This document shows, one piece after another, positions 27,936-32,000 of a stretch of DNA of 32,000 nt (position 1 is the stretch's first letter; the number at the start of each line of letters is the position of its first letter). Origin of the DNA: Sinorhizobium meliloti. Its GTDB lineage: Bacteria > Pseudomonadota > Alphaproteobacteria > Rhizobiales > Rhizobiaceae. The notes below the pieces were generated by a model. It did no database searches. It was given only the letters and a program-made list of their open reading frames with translations, and was not told the origin of the DNA. The position numbers and the translations under genes are program-made. The stretch covers positions 210,001 through 242,000 of the forward strand of contig NZ_JAGIOS010000003.1 of the NCBI RefSeq assembly GCF_017876815.1. The letters are read 5' to 3'.

Positions 27936-28270
27936 AAGCAACGCCCCCGAAAGCGGGTTCGTGCCAGTTGGCGCGCGGCTCATTTTTCTTGAATCACGCT
28001 GGCTTTGCGCGTAAAGCTTGCTATTCTTAAGGTCATACACTTCTAGCGTTGCAGCGTCCGCCGGGCATCCGTGAACGTGCCTACCTAACGTAAGGTGCTC
28101 CCAGGTAACCGATTGAGGCCAATACTAGATGAAGCGATCGTGCTTCCGGCGTGCCACAGGTCTCGACAGGCGCCCCCAGGGCTCTTCTTTTATCGCAAGG
28201 CACAACAGGCTGCCTGATAGCTTGCCTCTCCAAAGGAGGCTTGGATCGGAAACTCGAAGCGGGGTCTTCG

Positions 28271-28309
28271 ATGTTCAAAACGGCATTTCGATCTGTGGAT
28301 TTCGTTCTA
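28271..28309 (+). pseudogene. Orphaned 5' end (13 codons, MFKTAFRSVDFVL) of the RND adaptor gene, cut off by the IS
   Basis: ATG at 28271 reads in frame up to the CTAG insertion site. Joining it to 29365 restores a continuous signal-peptide-bearing adaptor ORF. Confidence 0.6.
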
Positions 28310-28328
28310 GAGCGGTATGTATTTAAGC
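28310..28328. repeat. IS630-family terminal inverted repeat (transposase 3' end)
   Basis: See the mobile element entry. The transposase stop codon (28323..28325) lies inside this repeat. Confidence 0.8.
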
Positions 28329-29269
28329 CCGTTCATATCCCGCCTCTTTGAAGTAGGCTGCGCATTCCTGTGGGGTGACGGCTTGGAGAATGTGGCGCAG
28401 TTCGTCATGGATTGCGTCGCGTGATCTGGCCTGTGCCTCACGCAACCAGTGCTTGATTTTGGCGAAGAGCTTTTCGATCGGATTGAGATCGGGGGAATAT
28501 TTCGGCAGAAAGAACAGGCGGGCGCCGGCCTTACGGATGGCGGCGCGGATCTCCTGACCCTTATGGGAGCCGAGATTGTCCAGGATGACGATGTCGCCGG
28601 CTTTGAGTTCCGGCACCAGAACTTGCTGGACATAGATGCGGAAGCGTTCGCCATTGATCGGGCCATCGAGGATAAAGGGAGCGCTGACGCGGTCGGCCCT
28701 GAGTGCGGCGACAAAGGTCATGGTGTTCCAATGGCCGAAGGGGGCGTAGCCCACCAGTCGTTCGCCGCGAGGCGCCCAGCCCCGCAGCGGCGCCATGTTC
28801 GTCTTCGTCCAGGTCTCATCGATGAAAACGAGGCGGGCGGGATCAATTCCGGGGCAGTGCTTCAGCCATCGTGCCCGGTGGCGGGCGACGTCGGGCCGCT
28901 CCCGTTCGCTGGCGACCAGCGTCTTTTTTTATAACTCAACCCCTCTTCGTGCACGAAGGTCCAGACGGCGCGATAATCCACCTTCAGGCCGCGCTCGCTC
29001 AACTCGGCGACAAGTCCGTGCAGCGTGAAGTCGCGCTCGCGGCAGCGGCAAAGCAGCCAAGCCCGGTGCGGACCGGAAAGCTTGCGGGGCTTGTGCCCAC
29101 CCATCTGGCCGGGTGCGGCGCTGCCCGTCTCGCGAAACCGCCGCACCCAATCGATCGCGGTGCTGATGCCGATGCCGAAGCGCTTGGCCGCTGCCCGGCA
29201 CGATAGGCCCTCGCCCGTCACCGCATCGACAACGCGTTCCCGAAGATCATTCGAAAAAGGTCTCGCCAT
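28323..29269 (-). CDS. IS630-family transposase, expressed from two frames via -1 slippage at A7G
   Basis: orfA (29269..28862) has the HTH part: [45 protein letters not shown]…. The -1 frame continues after LSYKK as [57 protein letters not shown]… and carries the DDE core (FIDET…, ILDNLGSHK…, [12 protein letters not shown]). Confidence 0.9.
28923..28930 (-). promoter_or_regulatory. Slippery A7G run (frameshift or transcriptional slippage site) joining the transposase frames
   Basis: Minus strand TAT AAA AAA AGA. Re-pairing one base back reads AAG ACG CTG (KTL…), which is the DDE frame. The zero-frame codon after the run is AGA. Confidence 0.6.
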
Positions 29270-29343
29270 AAAGGCCGGCCTCCTTCACCGGCCTGAATGG
29301 TGAATCTGATTTGCGCAGAAAAAGGAATCCCCTTTCCGATTCC

Positions 29344-29362
29344 GCCTAAATGCATCCCGCTC
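29344..29362. repeat. IS630-family terminal inverted repeat (transposase 5' end)
   Basis: See the mobile element entry. It contains the ATG at 29350 that opens the downstream hybrid adaptor ORF. Confidence 0.8.
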
Positions 29363-30492
29363 TAGGGGTAAGCGGTCTCCTGCTCTGCTCGACCGGAGAC
29401 GGTGTCGCCCAGACCGGGCCGGTCGTCGGCGTGATGACCGTTCAACTCGAGGATGTATCTCCGGCCCATGAATTCGTTGGCCGGGTCGAAGCACTCAACG
29501 CCGTGGATATCCGAGCCAGAGTAGAAGGTTTCCTGGAGAGGCGGCTTTTCGCCGAGGGCCAGAACGTCGAGAAAGGTCAAGATCTCTTCACCCTTGAGCA
29601 AACGACTTACGAGCTTGCGCTCAAGGATGCACAAGCGACGCTGCTCAGCGCCCAGACCAATTTCGACAATGCCGAACGCCAGTTCCAGCGAAACCAGACG
29701 CTAAGCCAGCGCACAGTCTCGCAGGCTGTGCTCGAGGAGAGCCAGGCGGCGCGCGACACTGCCCGGGCAAACGTCCTGTCGGCACAGACAAGGGTCAATC
29801 AGGCCGAGCTCAATCTCGGCTACACCCACATCAAGGCTCCGATCGGCGGTCGGATCGGCCGCGCTGCCTATTCTGTGGGGAGTCTTGTCAGCCCGTCGTC
29901 GGAGCCGCTGGCCCGAGTGGTTCAGACGGATCCCATCCGCGTGGTCTTCTCGGTCAGCGATCGCACCATCCTCGACCTTCGCACGATCGCCGGAGGGGCA
30001 GGCAAGGACGAACTGGCAAAAGGCTATCTCCTCAAGCTGCGCCTGTCGAATGGTGAGCCTTACCAGCAGTCAGGGAAGCTCGAATTCTTCGGAAACGAGA
30101 TCGACGTGCAGACCGGCACGCTTCCGATCCGAGCTCTATTCGCCAATCCGCAATCGCTCCTCATGCCGGGGCAGTTCGTCACGGTGATTGTCGAGCCGGC
30201 GGAGCGGGAGGAACGTCCGGTGGTGCCGGTCGGGTCCGTGGAGCAGGACCGCGAGGGCCGCTTCGTGCTCGTCGTCGACGGCGAGAGCCGTGCCACCGTG
30301 CGACGCATTCGCGTTTCCGTGCAGGTCGGGCAGAATTGGGTGGTCGAGGAGGGCCTGCAGGGCGGTGAGAAACTGATCGTCGAGGGCCTCCAACGCGTCT
30401 CCCCTGGAGCAGTCGTCGAGGCGCAGAGCGTATCGGCCGGCGACGCCGCAACGGATACTACCGCACCGGCGCCAGGATCGTCGAGCCAATGA
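29350..30492 (+). CDS. RND efflux periplasmic adaptor (membrane fusion protein), native 5' end replaced by IS sequence
   Basis: Lipoyl/hairpin/beta-barrel motifs: VRARVEGFLERRLFAEGQNVEKGQDLFTLE, long coiled hairpin, LGYTHIKAPIGGRIGRAAYSVGSLV, MPGQFVTV. The first 5 codons (MHPAL) come from the IS terminal repeat. The stop overlaps the pump start (ATGA). Confidence 0.8.
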   Translation: MHPALGVSGLLLCSTGDGVAQTGPVVGVMTVQLEDVSPAHEFVGRVEALNAVDIRARVEGFLERRLFAEGQNVEKGQDLFTLEQTTYELALKDAQATLLSAQTNFDNAERQFQRNQTLSQRTVSQAVLEESQAARDTARANVLSAQTRVNQAELNLGYTHIKAPIGGRIGRAAYSVGSLVSPSSEPLARVVQTDPIRVVFSVSDRTILDLRTIAGGAGKDELAKGYLLKLRLSNGEPYQQSGKLEFFGNEIDVQTGTLPIRALFANPQSLLMPGQFVTVIVEPAEREERPVVPVGSVEQDREGRFVLVVDGESRATVRRIRVSVQVGQNWVVEEGLQGGEKLIVEGLQRVSPGAVVEAQSVSAGDAATDTTAPAPGSSSQ

Positions 30493-32000
30493 ACCTGTCG
30501 GCGTACTTTATCGACCGCCCGCGACTTGCCACCGTTATCGCCGTCGTGATGGCGATCGCCGGTGCGCTCGCACTCTTCCAGATTCCGATTGCGCAGTTCC
30601 CGCAGATCACGCCGCCCGAGGTGCAGGTCACCGCCAGTTATCCAGGGGCCAATGCGAGCGTCTTGGAGGAGAGCGTCGGAGCCCCGATCGAGAACCAGGT
30701 TAACGGTGTCGAGGACATGCTTTACATGTCGTCCTCAAGCACCAACAACGGGACCTACTCGTTGACTGTGACCTTCGCCGTCGGTACCGATCCGGCACTG
30801 GCGCAAGTTAACGTGCAGAACCGTGTCGCGCTCGCGACGCCCCGGCTTCCCGCTTCCGTGACCCAGACGGGGGTCTCAGTGAGAGCGCGCTCGTCCAGCA
30901 TGTTGATGGGCGTTGCGATCTATTCCCCCGAGGGAACGCGCGACGAGATTTTCATCAGCAACTATGCCGCCAACAATATCCGTGATGCGATCGCCCGCGT
31001 GTCAGGCGTCGGGGAGGCCGGTATCTTTGGTCCGTCCTACAGCATGCGTATCTGGATGAACCCGGACCGAATGCAGGCCTTAGGCCTGACTGCCGCGGAT
31101 CTGACGAGCGCCATCCAGGCCCAGAATGCGCAGGCCTCGGCCGGCCAATTGGGGTCTCCGCCTGCAACATCGGGCCAACAGTTGCAGCTCACAATCATGG
31201 CCCAGGGGCGTCTCGCGACCGAGGAGGACTTTTCGAATATCATCGTTCGCACCAATACGGAAGGTGCCTTAGTCCGCCTCCGCGATGTCGCGCGCGTGGA
31301 ACTCGGCGCGCAATCCTACGACACGGCGTCAACTTTCAACGGTCAACCGAGCGCGACGGTCGTCGTTTACCAGAGCGCCGACGCCAATGCGCTTGCCGTG
31401 TCGCGGGCAGTGCTCTCCGAACTCGATCGGCTTTCGCGGCAGTTTCCCGAGGACGTGGCCTATGCGATCGTCTTCGACACAACAGCCTTCATCACCGAAA
31501 CGATCAAGGAGATCGCTATCACGCTTGCGATCACCTTTGCGCTGGTGGTCGCCGTCACTTACTTCTTCTTGCAAGACTGGCGGGCGACGGTCATACCGAC
31601 ACTGACGATCCCGGTGTCCCTGATTGGCGGGTTTGCCGTCCTTTATCTGCTAGACTACTCGGCCAATACCATTACGCTCTTCGCCGTCATCCTCGCCATC
31701 AGCCTAGTCGTCGACGACGCGATCATCGTCGTCGAGAACGTAAAGCGCTTGATGGCCGAAGAGCGACTGAATGTGCACGACGCGACCCGCCGTACGATGA
31801 GCCAAGTCACGGGTCCGATCGTGGCGACCACTCTGGTCCTTGCAGCCCTCTTCGTGCCGATCGCATTCGTGGCCGGGATTACCGGGCAGCTCTACCGTCA
31901 ATTCGCCGTGACGATCCTGATCACGATTACCTTCTCGACCATCAATGCACTGACGCTCAGCCCGGCCCTGTGTGTCCTCATGCTCAGGCCACCGCGCGAG
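30489..32000 (+). CDS. RND (HAE1/AcrB-type) efflux transporter permease, partial, runs off the window
   Basis: Not in the ORF track because no stop is reached. I translated 504 codons without a stop: MNLSAYFIDRPRLATVIAVVMAIAGALALFQIPIAQFPQITPPEVQVTASYPGANA…LVVDDAIIVVENV…LTLSPALCVLML. This is a typical AcrB-family N-terminal half. Confidence 0.9.
   Translation, partial: MNLSAYFIDRPRLATVIAVVMAIAGALALFQIPIAQFPQITPPEVQVTASYPGANASVLEESVGAPIENQVNGVEDMLYMSSSSTNNGTYSLTVTFAVGTDPALAQVNVQNRVALATPRLPASVTQTGVSVRARSSSMLMGVAIYSPEGTRDEIFISNYAANNIRDAIARVSGVGEAGIFGPSYSMRIWMNPDRMQALGLTAADLTSAIQAQNAQASAGQLGSPPATSGQQLQLTIMAQGRLATEEDFSNIIVRTNTEGALVRLRDVARVELGAQSYDTASTFNGQPSATVVVYQSADANALAVSRAVLSELDRLSRQFPEDVAYAIVFDTTAFITETIKEIAITLAITFALVVAVTYFFLQDWRATVIPTLTIPVSLIGGFAVLYLLDYSANTITLFAVILAISLVVDDAIIVVENVKRLMAEERLNVHDATRRTMSQVTGPIVATTLVLAALFVPIAFVAGITGQLYRQFAVTILITITFSTINALTLSPALCVLMLRPPRE

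Larger units (their letters stand above)
28310..29362 (-). mobile_element. IS630-family insertion sequence, 1053 bp, flanked by a TA duplication within CTAG
   Basis: Terminal inverted repeats GAGCGGTATGTATTTAAGC (28310..28328) and the complement of 29344..29362 (GAGCGGGATGCATTTAGGC) match at 16 of 19 positions. TA lies at 28308..28309 and at 29363..29364, each inside a CTAG. The element encodes an IS630/Tc1-type transposase. Size and family match my recollection of ISRm2011-2; not verified. Confidence 0.9.

Noticed and set aside
28083-28096. Near-palindrome ACCTAACGTAAGGT about 175 bp upstream of the original RND adaptor start, considered as a TetR-type operator.
   Set aside because: It matches at 12 of 14 positions, there is no regulator gene adjacent in the window, and it is too far from the start codon to assign without data.
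1-32000. Scan for CRISPR arrays, tRNA/rRNA genes, integrase-flanked islands, and toxin-antitoxin or defence-type gene pairs (nuclease/ATPase/methylase).
   Set aside because: I saw no regularly spaced repeats, no cloverleaf-like or rRNA-like conserved segments, and no ORFs with nuclease, helicase or methyltransferase motifs. The only mobile element supported by the sequence is the IS630-family copy.

Overview
GC-rich (about 60%) alphaproteobacterial DNA that looks like an accessory or megaplasmid region of a Rhizobiaceae genome. The arcD-arcD-arcA genes, a SyrB-like regulator and a 1053-bp IS630-family element suggest Sinorhizobium/Ensifer, but that assignment rests on memory and was not searched. 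I found no rRNA, tRNA or CRISPR array. Content from left to right: (1) a SyrB-like HTH/leucine-zipper regulator flanked by two paralogous ORFs that share its zipper, plus two small ORFs; (2) an orphan GAF-HWE histidine kinase; (3) a decayed ClC channel gene, an intact trkH and a DUF1214 remnant; (4) an operon of sensor kinase, FixJ-type regulator and CheY-type receiver, divergent from three exported proteins: a Cys-type sulfatase, a HAD hydrolase and an octaheme cytochrome c with HEAT/TPR repeats; (5) an MscS remnant, a secreted amidohydrolase and an AI-2E transporter; (6) a minus-strand stress block (HdeD, small membrane protein, DUF1269, Gly-zipper lipoprotein) next to arcA and two tandem arcD antiporters, with no arcB or arcC; (7) a YqhA-like gene; (8) an RND efflux operon whose adaptor gene is split at codon 13 by the IS630 element. 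I saw no recognisable defence or toxin system. The most interesting items are the kinase/secreted sulfatase-HAD-octaheme neighbourhood, the zipper triad, the partial arginine deiminase/acid-stress cluster and several precisely reconstructable lesions. Many long ORFs in the track are antisense or off-frame shadows typical of GC-rich DNA.
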